Below are positions 1-13,632 of a DNA stretch of 64,000 nucleotides, piece by piece. Source of the DNA: Podarcis bocagei (Eukaryota). The stretch is from NCBI GenBank assembly GCA_964188305.1, contig OZ076887.1; one strand, written 5' to 3'. Below the pieces are notes generated by a model. That model made no database searches. It was not told the DNA's origin and saw only the letters and a program-made list of their open reading frames with translations. The translations under genes and the position numbers were made by a program. Within the stretch, counting starts at the first letter, position 1. Each line of letters begins with the position of its first letter.

Positions 1-3000
1 TAAGTGCTTATTTTTCTTTTTCTAGTGCAAGACCTGATCAATGGTTATAGCACTAATTGGGGCCCATCGTTGAGTGGGAGGGCTAGGTATGGACTGTGTC
101 AGGTCCGTGTGCTGTTTTTGTTGACATATTTAGTGTGAAATTGAGATGGTGAGACCATAGAAAGAAAAACAGTAGCTTAAAGGCAGCCCCCTGGTTTGTT
201 TAAAATAATGAGCTGAACAGCTAATTTAGGATGTAATCCACAGCCTTGCAAGCCTCACTGAAGTGATGGATTGCATCTCTAGTAAACAATCACAAGTTAA
301 TTGGATTTTATGGAAAACGTATGTTATCAGGAACTTCAGAAGGGTGAGAATTCCTGCTTCATACTTGCTTCTTTAACCACAATCCTTTCCTAGGACTTTA
401 TTAATGTTTGATACGCTGTGCACAATATGATTTAAACACCAATTAAATGGAATGCCTGGTGCTGGTAATATGAATAATGCATTCATTTGGATTTCAGTTA
501 TCATGTATCTCGCTCTCCTGCCTACCACTGACCACAGATTACCATACCTGCAATATATTGCCAGTGGTTTTGTGGTGGGAAACTCCTTGCCCTTTACTGA
601 CTCGAGGAGATGTTACATTGACATGACCTCAGTGAAATATTGAGTAGGAGATCTTACATCGCCATCAAAGCTGGATTATTTTGATAGTTGGCTTGGTTGA
701 TTAGGAAACAGTAATTCTCTCTCTCTCAAAAAACAACAACAACTATATATCAGAGCAGCTGATTAAGGTGGAAAGTGAAACATTTTGCCACATAAATGAA
801 ATCTGATTTTGTTAATCATAGGAACGTATATAATATTGTAGTGACTCCTAAAAGAGATCCAGAGTGTGGTTGTGTGAAAGTGCTGTTTGATGGTTTATTT
901 CTATCTATATTGAATAAACACAGAGCACAGTCACAACTTTCATATTGGAAAGCCTAATTCAGTAGGATATTGCACATTATCCTTCTGGATGATGCTAAGA
1001 ACTCATTATTACTATTATATATCTAGGGAGAGAAGCCTGAAATCTTTTTACCAGATTTTGCTTATTTTGAGTGTAGATATGCTATCATATGCAGATGCCC
1101 TGTTGAGTGACTATTAGGGCAAATGTATTGTTCTGTTCCTTGTTTTAATTTTAAATGTAACATGTTTTTGTTTTACACATTATTTTATTTATTACACAGT
1201 TTATTTATTACCCAATTTACAGTCTGTATGATGAAACATAATGAAATGGCTTATTTGTATTTACTTGCAATCTCCTCTTGATGGCCACATTACCATACGT
1301 ACTCTCACAGGTAGGATGGTAGGGGGAAGTCATTTTGCCTGGCATAGCACAGAGGAGAAATGTTTCTGTTGTCCAAGGATGTTGGAATGTTGTTACGGCT
1401 CATTATTCATGACAGAACTTGACAGCTCCAAGGTTAAACTTGCTGCCAAGATTTTATTTTATTTTTTAAGTAAAATATCTGTGGGAGGTAGATGGAATGG
1501 GTAGCTTGCTTTTTTTTTGTACCAATTTGAATGTTTGTATAGGATTTTTGGAGGGCATAAATGTTTTCAGATTATTTTCTTTTCAGTGTGGGCCCTGGCA
1601 ATATGCACATGTGAAAGGGGTTTAGTTTAGGCTCTGCACACCGGTTGTATGTTATACTGTTGTACGTTCAAGTCCCACCACATTAATTGAATGCAGTTCA
1701 GAAAATCAAAGAGTTCACATACACATACCTTCATTGAATACTCCCAAAGAATATCTTTGTATCAGAGGAATGCTATTTCTTGTCAAGCGATATGGACAAA
1801 TCGGTTTTTAATTTATAAATAATGGGATTCAATGTTGCCTCTCCAGCTCTAAAGGCTCATTTGTTCTTGATCTATCTTCCATGGTTGGACATGATGGGAC
1901 ACCACCCTCTGATTCCCTTCAGATACTTTTTCCTTTGGACTCCAGTGATGCTGCTTGGACTGCATAAACTAGTATGTGCTGCCAAAATTTCCCACTTTAG
2001 TATCTGAGTGGGACCAGTGATTTGTTAGCCACAATCTGCTTAGTATAGTGCTTCCTGGCTGAGTCTTTCACCAAACTCTGTGTGTACATAGCATATTTTT
2101 CCTACCTACCTACCCACCTACAAAACAATTCCCTTGTATCAAATAAAAAAGATGAGTATAAACACAACAAATTGCTTGGGTTCTTCAAATAAGGCATAAA
2201 TTATTGCTCAATACATGATAGCTGTTTAGTAGGGATAACCTGAAAAATGAGCATCATTGTAGACAAAGACCCAGGGATAAGGAACTTCAGGCGGGATGGC
2301 CCTTTTAATTGGAGCTGGAGTTCAACAATATCTGGAGGACCACAGGCGTCCCATCACTGCTGTACACTCTTGTTGTATATTAGTTATACTTCTGTGGTGA
2401 AGTTCTGTTCCACAGATTACGTACATATGAGAGATATATGAGTTTGCTAAGTATTTGGGGGAAATGTGCTTATTTAAATCAGTGTTTGCTAGCATGCACT
2501 TTAATCAACCCAGCAAAGTTTCAAAAAACCACTGTTGAAGGAATATACAAAACGAAAAACATATTTTGCTATGATGGGATCTTTAACTTAGTGTTTAGGA
2601 CTAGTTGTGATGGTAATATTTAGCAATTTAGACCATACACATGAAAAATGTTTGATCTGAATGGGTTATCCATATAACTTTCTAATGGATGATCCTATCT
2701 GCTAATGTTGTATTCCTGACAAAATATTACACATCTTTGCTTTCTTAGGTAAACATTTACAGGATTATGCTGTTAGGCAAACATCAAATTTACCTTCGTA
2801 ACTGAATGCAGACAGCAAGCAAGTTTTCAAGAGTCAAGTTTAAGAAAAAGAATCTACTGGCTTTTGAGGAAAAGACTCTTTTGGCTATAATGCTTTACCC
2901 TTGAGAATGGTACCAGGCAACAGCAGTATCTGAAAATGATTTATTATCTTAGTTATGCTTTGGACCACATTGCTTTAGAAAGTTAATTGTTTTGGCTTGC

Positions 3001-6000
3001 ATATGTTATTAACTTTCTTGCAGATTGCTTGAATTCTTCAGTCAGTTTTATGACTTTTGATATTTATAACACATAGGTTAGGTAAGTGCCTCAGATAGTT
3101 TAGAATGGAATTCTTACCACTTGTGCCATTGAAAATACCACACAAACAGCTTAGTTTAAGAGTTGATGTTGTTTGCTATGCTTTGATTTGGAAATGGTGG
3201 GCATTTCATCCTTACCACTTGTTTAGGCAGGTTATTGACGTAGAGTAACTTATAATTTGATTTGGAATGGAATGGCACCTCCTCTCATTTTAAAAGTAGG
3301 ACAAATTGATTCTGTCTTTGTGTAATTTCTTATATACATCCTAATGTAGAGGTCAACAATTTGTGACTCTGAAGATATTTTTGGATTACAATTCCCATCA
3401 GCCCCAGCCAGCATGACCACAGGTTCCCCACTCCTTCTCATAAAATGGAACTGTGCTTACAGATGGAAAAGGTTGTGTCTCTTGAATTAATCTTGCTCTA
3501 TTTTATAGTAACACAGCATTTTGACTTAAATGGCACAAAAGAAATACCATGAGCATTGATTGCTTAAACCCCACTGAAGTGATTGTGATGCACACAACTG
3601 TGCTCTTATACAAAACCACCATTCATTTTTCTATCAAAAAAGTTCTTGTTGTGTTCCTTTAAAAATAGTGTGAACAATTGCCTATATCAATGTTCAAGTT
3701 TCTGAATGTCAATAGGTGCTGAGAACATGAACTACCTTTGAATTCACTGGAAATCTTGTTTGTGCATACCAAGTATTAAATGTTAAAGTGAAATGTATAA
3801 TTAGGTATGATAGCGGCAGCCTTGGAGTACGTATCTAAATTTGAAAATGTTGCCCCATGGGAAATTTTCTTTATTTGAAAAGGTATTTTCTTTAATTATG
3901 TTCTCAAGTAAATTTTGATTATGTAGCCAGAATAAGGAATAATGGCTTTCTTTAGAGGCAATACTGCTGTTTATAATGGCTCCTCTCCTACTACTAAACC
4001 TCTAGGGAAATTTTGCAAATGCAATTATATGAGATCCTAAAAATCTGAGAGTTTTTCATGAAAATTCCATTTGCTGTCCTGCCTTGCTAAATTGGAGGAA
4101 GGAAGAAAAAGAGGTTTAATCTTGCAGATGCTGGACCTGCATTCATGCTATTCTGCTGCCTAATCAAGCGAACCAATCCACAAGACTGTCAGTGAGGATA
4201 GAAAATGGCAGCTTCTAGTTTGACAGCACATTGGTATTGTCATGAATGAGAATCTCTGAACACTTAATTAACTGGCCATAATGATAAACAGATGTCAGAG
4301 GAGCAAACCTCCTGCAATAATAATTGTCTAATCGCAGCAGAGTTTGACTGATCAGAAAATTCTATACTTGTCTCCTAGCATTTGTTTTTAGATAAAGGGT
4401 TCATGCTTTTCTGGTATAAGCCTATGTAAAAAGGTATGAGGTTTGGAGTAGTTCTATAATTTCATCAAGCACTCTTGAGAGATCTGGGAATATGAACAGG
4501 ATGCCAACCCCTGTACTTCATGTATTGATTGCACTGCAGTTCATTTTCTGCCCAATATGACTATATTTGTCTCGCTGTCCGCTGTAGTGAAATTACATAT
4601 TTTACGTAATTAATTATGTAAATTGTGTAATTACATTGCCACTATGCTATTCTATCCCATTCATCTCAGTGCAAAGGAAACACAACGCAAATGGGAATCA
4701 ACATAATCAATTATGTAACATTCGCAGATTGAAAGGAACAATTCTGGACATGGGATGAACAAATGAACATTGGTAATTTCCACTCTGTTTCAGTTTTTGT
4801 TGGAATTCTCTGACATCCTTATTGCAAAGTAAGTCCTCTTGAGTTCAATGGGGTTTGCTGGCAGTTAAGTGAGTACATTGTACAGATAATTGCAGCTTTA
4901 ATAACCAAAAGATGAATCCTACTAAAACTTTATAGTTTCAGGAATGTTTTGTGAATCTTTTTGTGTTGGCAACCATGCAGCATACTTATAGGCAATTTAA
5001 GTATAAGGTTTCTCTAGACTTTTACCACTACTTTATGTTGAAATCAACAGTGGCACATGCCATGGATTTTGACCATGGCCAGTTCTTACTACTTTATTTG
5101 AGTGTCTACATGTAGAAATCAAACAACAGGCTTTCAGACAAAACAGACTTGGATCCATTTCATTTGGTATTGTCTTTAGAAGAAAATACACCTCATACTT
5201 GGAATTTTATTGAGTTCAGTACATTAGTTAAAGTACCTGGAACTTAGAGTTTATAGAGGGATTGTCATAAGAGTGCATACAACCCAAACAGCTCTTTTTC
5301 TAAGTACTGAAAGCACTTCACATTTATTGGCTCTAATGGCAAATCATATATGGCATAATGGGAAACCTTTGACATCTTATAAAATGTACTTGTTGAAATT
5401 TATGTCCAGCCTATATGCAATCCATTCTATGCAGCCTAGATTTCTGTAATTAAAATGGTGAAAAAGAAATAGGCAGTTTGACTTGGTTCTGAAGAAACAT
5501 TTGGATGAGACAAAAGGTATTGGATCACTTCTTCCTCAGGTATTGGATCGTTTCCTCATGTAGATTTGTTTTCTGTAGGAGCAACTATTGGGCGGAATGA
5601 CCTTTACCAGCTGAAGTTGATGATGTAGTGGAAGGGACATTTTCCCACTTGACCTTTACACAATGTGTCATCTTGTCCTGTAGCGCAAAAACATGATGCA
5701 ATTGACAGATTTGATGGAATGCTAACCTGACAGAAGCGTATTGTTTGGAAGGATATGTGTGTTGAAATGTGAACCCTGTAGCTATAGCATGGCAAGCTTT
5801 CCATGTACCAGTCATTCCTAGGGGACTGATGGCACAGAAATGGCTGCTAGATGTTATCACTGTTGGACATCTTATTCCATTTAGTATGTTATCACTGCCT
5901 CTCTCTGTGTGTGTCTTTCTCTTTTTAAATTGGACCTCAGTAATTGTTTCCCAGAATATGTTTGACAGTGTCTTATTCTATTCAGAGTATTAATGGGGAG

Positions 6001-6435
6001 AAGGGGGTGCTGCTTGGAGCAAATTACTTTGATTTTGTGGCAAATTCACAGGCTCCCAGTAGGTTTCTAGGTTCAGTTCAAAATGCTAAATGGTCTAGAC
6101 TGGAATGGACCAGAGAGGGGGAAGGGGAGTCATGCTGCAGAGAAGCAGCTTCCACGCCACTTCTCTAGACTAAGCTGAAATACAGGAGATAGGTGAACTT
6201 TAAAATCAACAAAAAATAAAGTATAGCTGCTATGGCAGTGGGTGGGAAAGGTACCCATAACCCTGTCTGTGGACTGTTTTTCTATTTATTGACAAAAGAT
6301 ACTGGACAAAGGGTAGGGATGGGGCATTGATTGGGAAAATGACCTTTGGGCAAAGGGTTATTGATACCTTTTCCCACCATTGATACAGTCATTTGCAGGT
6401 GCTGAAAGCTGCACTGTAGTTTATAACCAAACTTA

Positions 6436-6553
6436 GAATCAGAGAATCCATGACAGATCCAACTTCCGCTTAAAAATCCCCAAGGAGGGATAGTCCCAAG
6501 GAGTCTGTTCCACAGTTGAACAGCTCCTACTGTCAGAAAGTTCTTCCTGATGT
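6436..6553 (-). mobile_element. Old CR1 3' fragment
   Basis: GAACAGCTCCTACTGTCAGAAAGTTCTTCCTGATGT is similar to 22546-22580. Confidence 0.7.
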
Positions 6554-7613
6554 ATACCAGGGAGAATGCTTGGGAGAATGCTCACGCTTCTCTCACATCT
6601 AATTAGGTGGTCACTTCTGTGATGGCCTTCTCAAAATTGGGGACCCCTCCAGTTTTTGAAAATCTTCACAAAAGCTGCCCCCATTTGCTTCAGTTTAGCC
6701 CTCATTTAGATGTATTTTCATTTCCCTCAAAGCACCTAGCTGAATTTTCTACTTAAGAGTGAAATAATAGTTCTGAGAATGAAAACTGAGTGATGGTGGT
6801 TGGAAATGGTGGAAGTATTGGAGGATCTTTTGTTTCTCAAAGAATAAAAATATTGTTTTACATTTGTTTGAAATGAGTATATTTAAATATACTCTATGGA
6901 ATTTAAAAGCCTCTATAAAGAAACAAAAGGATGCTAACTTTTTAAAGTGTCAATTACTAACAGAAGATAGGCAGCTTCTTTATAAAATAAGATGTTAATA
7001 TTGTTTTCAAGTATGCCTTTTATCCAAGTTCTCAAAGTTTCATCAATGTTATTTCAACCCAAGACATAAGTTCTTAAGAAATAAGTTTTTGAATAGGGAA
7101 TATAGAGTTGACTTACCCAAAATGAGGTGGCACATAAAGATGGGGTCAAATAGTAGTTGTGTGGGCCCTGATCCATTTTGGGACACTAACAGAGGCAAAG
7201 GGTTAAATCCCCACAGTCTTTTTGCTTTAGTCCTGATTCAAATTGCCTCCCCCTCCACCTGCTTTTTGGTGGAGGAAAAAAACAAGCGTATGATTAATGT
7301 CACGTCTAATTTTGCTGTAAGCATTTGATGTCAGTACTGCACGTTTCATAATGTGTGTTACCATTTTCAACAGTGTATGCAATAATGTCAAGGGTTGGTT
7401 CTTTACATATATATAGGTTAAGTAGCTTGGCAACCAGTGCGACTCTTTGGCTGCATTTTTAATAATGTCGCTATCATTTAAAATATTTCACATAACCAAA
7501 GCTTTCTGTCTATGATATGTCCCTTTTGTTTATCACTATACCAGACTTTCTTTCGAACAAAATATAGCCCGGAATCATTTAATTATAATGTGTTTTCCTC
7601 CTTGTTTTCCCAG

Positions 7614-7761
7614 TTGATAAATTTAGAAGAAAACTTGAAGAGCTGGAGAAAGAGAAAAGTGCACTAAAATTTCAGCTTCCTTCACAACATCCTTCAATTA
7701 GCAGCTTTTTGGAGAGATTTAAAGCACAGGTTCAAGTGGCATTGTATGGGGAAGTTCCTAG
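7614..7761 (+). CDS. DISC1: DISC1 coding exon (human exon 4 equivalent), 148 bp, phase 1 to 2
   Basis: Polypyrimidine tract + CAG acceptor, AG|GTAAGT donor. Translates DKFRRKLEELEKEKSALKFQLPSQHPSISSFLERFKAQVQVALYGEVPR, matching recalled human ETLQQRLEDLEQEKISLHFQLPSRQPALSSFLGHLAAQVQAAL. Confidence 0.93.
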
Positions 7762-8014
7762 GTAAGTTTGCTGGCCCTAGTGGTATAGGATAATGTTTTA
7801 AGCTTCCTTAAAAACTGTGCTGAAATTTGTGAACATAGGGTGAAACCCAGCACTCAATTGAAATCAATGGGCCTTTGTCATTTATTTATTTATTGAGTGA
7901 GCGAGCGAGTGAGTGCATTTATATACCTCCCTTTCTGCCAAGGCACCCATGGCCGACTTAAAAGCACATGCCACTATTTGCTGACTTGCACACTTCTTAC
8001 CAAAAGAAGTCCAG

Positions 8015-8175
8015 AGAGCTCATGCAGTGTTAGGATGCTGAGCTGTGAACCAGGAAGCCCTTCATTTGAATCTTGTCTCTGCCATGAACTAACTGGGTGG
8101 CCTTAAGATAACTAACTCTCGGACTTGGCTCCTCCATCTGCACATTTTGGGATAGTGATACTGCACTGACCTATT
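8015..8175 (+). mobile_element. Old MIR/CORE-like SINE
   Basis: tRNA-like head and TCTGCCATGAAC...GGGTGGCCTT...CCATCTG core-like motif; degenerate. Confidence 0.5.
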
Positions 8176-10334
8176 GTTGGTTGATCATATATGTATCTAA
8201 TGATGATGACTGTTTGGGGGCACAGTCTAACAAGAAGTATTTCTCTGCAAACCTCACTAAGGGCCACGTACAGGTCTGATATATTTAAGAGTGACTTGCA
8301 CAGGAGAACATCTGAATGGATTGTAGATCAGCCTTCCCCAAACTCCTGCCCTTCAGATGTTGGCTGGGGCAGACAGGAAGTGTAGCCCAAAACATCTGGA
8401 GGGTACCAGATTGGGGAAGGGTGTTGCAGATTATTACTCACCATAGCAGAGGTCCTGACATTTTCTTTTCTTTGCTGAGCCTCTCCCTCAATCTCCCACT
8501 TCATGGAAAGAAAACCTCATACTTGTTTAGATTATTCTTTCCTTGTTCAAGTCTTTTATAATCAGTTCTTTATGACTGTTACTGTCTTTGCACAAGCATT
8601 TGTCAAGGTTCATATTTTCAGTGGGAAAGGTGAGCGGTATTGTCCACACCCTTAATTGATTTCCCATGTTGTTCTCTCATGCCCTCTTAGCAGGTCAGGT
8701 GTTTCTGAACTAATCAAATCCCATGTGACTTTCACAAGTGACTTCAGAAGGCATTTGACTGAACTTTGAAACTGTAACTGGGGAATGAATGATTGTTGTG
8801 TTATAAGAGAAATTAAAGAACACATAGTTGCAAAGGATATATCACATGAATTAAAGGATTTATCTGTTCAGCCTTGCACAGGCCAGCAGAATCTTCTATT
8901 TTTATACGCTAATAAGGGAAAAGAAGCCCCCCCCCCCCCGCAAATAAAAATCCTGCTTCCAAGCCAACCCAAGGGAATGTGCTTGGACACTTTTTAAACT
9001 GGGAACTGTGCAGCATAGTTTCTGTAAGTAGTGGTTTCATAAGGTGGTAATCCAGCAACATGCTCCCCTTAAAAATCTAATTTCCTATTGGATGATTTTC
9101 CTAACAAGAGTAGGAAAATGTTATTTTGAGGTGTGCTATCTTCAAGTAGGACCAGACATCTAAAAGTGCCATCCTATGCATATCTGCTTGGAAGTCTATC
9201 TTTGGTAAATGTGCCCAAGATTGCAGCCTAATTTATCATTTCAGAAGGTGTTTTTCTTTTACTTTCTAAAATTCAAAGCAAATGAGAGCTTTGGGAAAAT
9301 CTGGGCATTTCTTGGATGGTAGTGAAAGAATGATTCATGATTGTTTTACATTCAGCACACACATATTAAAAGGCTTGGCACTATTTTTAAAAAGCTGCAT
9401 ACCAGTGATTGTGGGACTTTCCATATATACACCACCTGCTGGTGAGGAAAATGTTTTTACTCCCTTACAGTAGTATTGGGAACGAGATGGAGTTTTAAAT
9501 AAAATTATGACAATAATATTTAATTGCAATTTACTGAATTCTGGAAAGGTGTGATTCAGCACAAAAAAGGATGTGATTCATCTATGCACCTACCTTGGAT
9601 TTGCATGTAAATGCTGGCCACTAAATGCTCAGTTTAACAAATTATATAGGGAGGAATTCAAATTTGCACTCTTCCAGTTATTCCATTAGTACAAGCATTT
9701 TATGATCTGCTCTCTCCCACCATGTGCTGTTCTTGAGGTTCTCCAGACACTCCAGAGCCAATTGAGGGTGCATGGTGGAGGGAGGAAACAGGGAAATCTT
9801 GTTCTTGTAGTGAGACTTCTTATGCTGGTTCCCACAAACCATCAGCACAGCCTCTCAGCATGGCTTTCTGCCATCATTTAAGGTGGTAGTATTGTTACAT
9901 TCCAGGCAGATATCAGCACAAATACTGAGGACTGGAGAGCTAATTGATAAAGAAATTTGTCACGGTGGAGATAAAAAATTGCATTTATGCATTTGCCTCT
10001 AGCCACTCATTTAAGACACTAATGGATGCATTTTAGGCAAACAGCATTGTATGATGTACACAGAGAAAAAAGACCCTTAGGCCATCATATTTTAATTAGT
10101 GATCCCACCTTATGGCCTCTGCTAAACTCTCAAAGCCCCACACAACATCAGACCACTAAACTGCTTTAAAATTTAAATAAATTCTCAAGCTTGGCACAAC
10201 TATGTTTTTAGAGACTGGATCACCGTGACCTGGAAGATAGTGTGTGTTTTTCTAAATGTTTAGGAGATGACTGCCAATTTGCTAATGCAACACATGTCAG
10301 CGTTTGTAATGGTTATTTTTGAAATGCTTAATAG

Positions 10335-10455
10335 AGAAGAAAAACAGCTGTTGCAGAGATGTGAACAGAAGATTTTAAATTTTCCTCACCATGGAAGACT
10401 ACTAATTTCAGCCACAAAACGAGATCAGCTGCTTGAAGAAAAGGCATGGATACAG
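10335..10455 (+). CDS. DISC1: DISC1 coding exon (exon 5 equivalent), 121 bp, phase 2 to 0
   Basis: EEKQLLQRCEQKILNFPHHGRLLISATKRDQLLEEKAWIQ resembles human ...LHVSITRRDWLLQEKQQLQ. Donor CAG|GTAAGA. Acceptor TTAATAG chosen because it fits the phase, so the 5' boundary is less certain. Confidence 0.85.
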
Positions 10456-12080
10456 GTAAGAAGGACATGATATCCCAGTGTATGCATCAATATTTATATA
10501 TAGGAAAGCAAATGGGAAGTATGGTCAAGTGGATTTATTGTTGTTCAGTAATTAGAATCTTAGTCCATTTGGCAGTCTAAAAAAAATAATGAATAATTTT
10601 GGCCACAGGAGTAGTGCAAACTTCTTGCAAGGTTGGAGGGTATTGAAGATTTAGTTGTTCATGAACATGTTTTTACTTTTCTGAGTATTTTTAAAATATT
10701 TACTTTCTTAAATTTAATTGGCTATTGGAAATTAGTTGAGCGGGAGGGAAATAAAACTTTCAAAAACAAATTTCATTTATTCTTTGTTTCGTTTATTCTA
10801 TCAGTGTCTGATCAATGAACTTCATGATTTAGGTTCTTGAAAAAGTAACTTAGAAGTTTGACATGCAATGATTTTTATAAAAATGTTGTTCTTGCCTAAC
10901 TTTCTTATACGGTTTTGAAATCTTCATTTTCTTCTTCTTCTAGTAAAATAGGAAATATTCATGATCATAACTAATAAATGGAAACTTGTAAATGTTGACT
11001 TATGATGTAGCTTTTGTTGTAATTGGTTTTCAAAAATAGGTACAAGTTCTTTGCTGAAGAAAAAAGGCTGGGTTGTCAAAAGCCAGCAGGACTACCTGTT
11101 CATGAACCAATGCAGATGTAGTGTGTAATGTTCTCTGTTTCAATGATGAGCAGGTCAGAGGAATTGAAGAAGAAATAGTTTTATTAAAGAACTATGTATA
11201 ATAGGTCTTCATTCCCTGGCTACTTTCTCCTTCTGCCTCTAGCTGAGCCTCCTCCCTGGGCCTATCCCCTAAAGTAGTGTTATAGTCACATTATTCTAAC
11301 ATAGTGTATTCTTGCCCTCCACAAAGGTTAAAGGATTGGGAGTGAACCATGGAGTATATCATCATTCTGTGGTTTGGTCATTAGGTGGCATTAGACCTAA
11401 TTGTATTTGAGTAGAATGAAGAGCTGCTTGTTGCTGTTCTGTTCCTGGTTAAAAGAAACAATAAAGTTCATGTTCAGTTTTTTGCCTGGCCTCTTCTCTA
11501 AGCCCTACATGGCACCTGGAGTTGTATGCTGCCTCTCCTGTTCCAGAATGAATTCCAGCTATCCGTCTCTAAGCATTATTAAATGGTTTAAACCAGGAAT
11601 TTGGAACTTCCGGCTCACAGGTCAAACTTGATCTACCAGGGATTCAGATTTAGCCTGTGAGATGTTAGGTGTGTGACAGGTTGGGATACAACTGCCAATG
11701 CGCAATCTTAAATCTTTAAGTGATTGCACATTGGCAAGGAAATCAGACTGGATTTTCTACACAAGCAAGTTCTCCACAGGGAACTCACTTGTGCAGCTGA
11801 TGCCTGTGGAAAGCCAAAGCCTTAGCTTTTAAGCCCCACAAGCCCTGCAAGCCCTGCTGGGTGTTTTGAAGTCTTGATTTTGGAACTTCAGATTGCCTAA
11901 TCAATCAGTCATTATGACTTCATGTGACAGATGTCATCAGCCCTGCCCACCTGTCAAATTCGGCTCACAAGACTAGTATCTGATAAGGATCTGGTATACA
12001 GCACCAAAATGGTTCCCCGCCCTGATTTAAATAAACATTAACCACACTTAGCACTAACCAGGTTTCACTGTTAAGACCCA

Positions 12081-12288
12081 AACCCAATGGCTTCAAGTTA
12101 CAAGAAAGAAGATTCAAATGAAACACCAGGAATAACTTTCTGATAGTAAGAGCTGTTTGACAGTGGTGGATTCCAAAGGTTTTTAAGCAGAAGTTGGATG
12201 GCCATCTGTCATGGATGCTTGAGTTGAGATTCCGGCATTGCAGGGGGTTGGACTGGATGATCCTCAGTTCCAACTCTACAATTCTATA
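12081..12288 (+). mobile_element. Older CR1 3' fragment
   Basis: Degenerate match to the CR1 ORF2 end and 3'UTR (CAAGAAAGAAGATTC...GGGGGTTGGACTGGATGA...CCAACTCTACAATTCTAT). Confidence 0.85.
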
Positions 12289-13396
12289 GGATTTGAAGCT
12301 AGATTTAGAAACTGCTTTTTTACTGGGTGGGAAGAGTCATGTGGGAGTGGCATACCCTAACAATGCTGGGCCCAGCCTGTTGATCTTTGTGCACCTGAAA
12401 TAATAACATTGTTAGAGTGTACTTTTTAATGTTGTGTCACATAGCTGTAATTTTGGATTTTAGTCCTATATCCCCCCTACAAATGTTGTCAAATATTTAA
12501 CAATACAGAAGTTATATAACACAATTTCCCTCTTTATTTCTTTCTCCAACTTTACCAGCTAATGGAAATTAGTACGGTTGAGTTTGGAGATGTAGTTTTG
12601 TTAACTGAAGACCATTGGGTTTTTGGCTCTATTATCAAATCAGTAATACAGAGAATGAATTGTTTGTGCTACAAACTTGATTTTATACACAAAGTAACAG
12701 ACCTGATGTTGTCCTGGTGACCTTGAGAAATACTTGTGTGTGCTGAAGCACTACTTTTGTCTGTTTTCCTGCTGCAGAAGAAACTGTACAGCAAATAACA
12801 TATGTTTCAGGCAACACAAAGTGCAAATTGAATTTATTGGATGGACTATTTCAGTTCAGAATGAAAAGCTCTTCTTCCTGTGCTAATTAGTACAACTGCA
12901 AAGCTGAATTAGCTTTCAAGGGTTGGCATATCTTCAGAAATGTGCCTTTACAAAGTGACTGACTGTTGTTGCTTTGATTCATGCTGTTAGCTTGTATTTG
13001 TTTAAACATATTGATCCTAATCCTGAGAACATAACTCACAGATAAGCTTTCTTTAAATCAGTAGGACTTACATTAATAACATTCAACTTGAGTTTCATTG
13101 GGTTCAAGAGGATAAGGTAGAACTTCAGCTCTTTTCAGACATATTGAGTTACGTGAGAGATTCTTTTCTATGGTTCTTTCCCATGTGACTGTGACATGGC
13201 TGCACATATTGTAACCATGTGGGTGAGGTTCATTGGGTGGGAAAGATGAGCTTGGTATCCATGGTATTCATAAATGCATTATAGCCATGTGGAGAATTGG
13301 CTCTTGCATGTGTTTGTGTGTGCTTGCACCATTTGGTATAATTCATCGCATCCTTTTTTTAACAAGAATGCACAATTCTGTCTCTACTTCATGCAG

Positions 13397-13632
13397 AAAG
13401 AAATTGAAATCCTTAGAGCAAGGCTGGCTGTTCTAGAAGCTAAAGATCAACAGCTAAGGAGAGAAATTCAGGACCAAGATCAGTTTATTCAGACGCAGGA
13501 CTGTGAGTTGTCTACCTTGCTTAGCTGGGTATCGCTTGGAGAGCTGCAAGAAATAGGCGAAGCCTTGACTGAAACTTCAAAGGCATCACAGAATATTCCG
13601 TGCAATTTGGATTTACCAGAGTCCCTTAAAAG
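13397..13632 (+). CDS. DISC1: DISC1 coding exon (exon 6 equivalent), 236 bp, phase 0 to 2
   Basis: KEIEILRARLAVLEAKDQQLRREIQDQDQFIQTQDCELSTLLSWVSLGELQEIGEAL... matches human KEIEALQARMFVLEAKDQQLRREIEEQ. ATGCAG acceptor, AG|GTATGT donor. Confidence 0.96.

Noticed and set aside
1-7613. Search for DISC1 exon 3
   Set aside because: No segment encoding an LKLQKLQEDAVENDDYDK-like peptide found by eye; probably upstream of the window.
10264-10334. Upstream AG acceptors for exon 5 at 10263 and 10300
   Set aside because: They give the wrong phase relative to exon 4.
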